This document shows positions 56,378-56,967 of a DNA stretch of 56,967 nucleotides, in pieces; positions within the stretch are counted from its first letter, which is position 1; every line of letters starts with the position of its first letter. Under the pieces are notes generated by a model, which saw only the letters and a program-made list of their open reading frames with translations, did no database searches and had not been told where the DNA came from. A program made the translations under genes and the position numbers. This DNA comes from a virus (lineage: Duplodnaviria > Caudoviricetes): IMG/VR virus record IMGVR_UViG_3300042524_000351, positions 1-56,967 of that record; one strand, given 5' to 3'.

Positions 56378-56578
56378 TCACCCCACCCTCATCCGCTCAA
56401 TCGCCGCGGCCACATCCGCCACACGGAAGCGGACGGCCTTGCCCATTTTGAAATAGGGGATCAGGCCGCCCACGCGCCAGTTGTAGAGTTGGCGGCGGCA
56501 GATTTTCAAATGGCGGGCGAGTTCCTGTTCGGTGATCAGGTCGAGTTCGGTGCGCAGCGAAGTAGATTGCGTGTCCAT
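56378..56578 (-). CDS. Excisionase-like HTH protein
   Basis: LITEQELARHLKICRRQLYNWR..GLIPYFKMGKAVRF, next to attR; ATG 14 nt after TTGACA. Confidence 0.8.
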   Translation of the reverse strand: MDTQSTSLRTELDLITEQELARHLKICRRQLYNWRVGGLIPYFKMGKAVRFRVADVAAAIERMRVG

Positions 56579-56705
56579 GCCCTGTGTTTCCATGTCAATG
56601 TGGGCGGGGCGACTAGACCGGAAAATCTAGTGGGGAAACATCGGTTTCGTGGCTGGAAAATGCCATTCCGACGTGTGCCTAAAAATGCCATAACCTATTG
56701 ATTCT

Positions 56706-56726
56706 AGGCGACAAATGGCGACAAAA
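56706..56726 (+). repeat. Tandem GGCGACAAA repeats, putative integrase arm-type sites
   Basis: AGGCGACAAA-TGGCGACAAAA, matching 197-218. Confidence 0.7.
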
Positions 56727-56841
56727 TACCTTCCCGTTCGTGCTCAAACTTGCTCCAATCTAAGCTGCCCCATTTAGAAAAACTGGGCAAAACAAAGCAC
56801 TGAAAGGAATGCAAATGATTGAAAATCAAGCTGTTAGGTCC

Positions 56842-56899
56842 ACTAAGGATCTAGTAGGGAAACCTGTGGAGGTTCGAGTCCTCTTTCGAGCACTTTCCT
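56842..56899 (+). repeat. attR core (58 bp, duplicated tRNA 3' half)
   Basis: Identical to 69-126. Confidence 0.95.
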
Positions 56900-56908
56900 A
56901 TATGGAAT

Positions 56909-56944
56909 AAAAAATCCCGAAGCTGCAAAGCCTCGGGATTTTTT
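56909..56944 (+). terminator. Host tRNA terminator displaced by integration
   Basis: AAAAAATCCCGA...TCGGGATTTTTT hairpin. Confidence 0.8.
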
Positions 56945-56967
56945 GTGTCGTGAAATGACTTGTCCCT

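Larger units (their letters stand above)
69..56899. mobile_element. Integrated temperate prophage with lambda-like head and probably non-contractile tail
   Basis: Flanked by a 58-bp direct repeat of the tRNA 3' half; integrase at one end, excisionase-like gene at the other; head, tail and replication modules present; no sheath gene recognised. Confidence 0.95.

Noticed and set aside
166-56598. GTTGAC motif as integron attC core or sigma54 -12 box
   Set aside because: Does not fit GTTRRRY, has no paired inverse core, and the copies I checked lack GG at the -24 position

Overview
The window is one apparently complete ~56.8 kb temperate prophage integrated at the 3' half of a tRNA-Leu gene with the unusual anticodon AAG. 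A 58-bp direct repeat forms attL (69-126) and attR (56842-56899). From left to right it carries: a tyrosine integrase; a leftward lambda-like virion region (small/large terminase, M15 peptidase, gpW-like, portal, S49 protease with nested scaffold, major capsid, head-tail joining genes, tail tube, frameshifting tail chaperone, tape measure, distal tail genes, three signal-peptide proteins, two holin-like genes); a rightward accessory block (ParB-like, TAGT-like glycosyltransferase, RarA-C-like, ATP-dependent ligase, amidoligase + class II glutamine amidotransferase, AAA ATPase); a ShosTA-like DprA + HAD/PRTase pair; a leftward replication block (SSB-like, exonuclease, PIF1-like helicase, 1469-aa PrimPol-helicase-PolA fusion, sigma-region-4-like HTH, LmbU-like regulator, nucleotide-sugar epimerase); and a defence block (type I R-M, YgjP-like peptidase, Zn-finger protein, Mrr) next to an excisionase-like gene. 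The strongest unexplained signal is an RTTGAC motif sitting 13-16 nt upstream of 18 start codons. Other notable signals are a thrice-repeated intergenic element, an iteron/AT-rich inverted repeat inside the polymerase gene, and a glycosyltransferase module with no TET partner. All protein calls come from motif recognition by eye, with no database search, and the host cannot be determined from this window.
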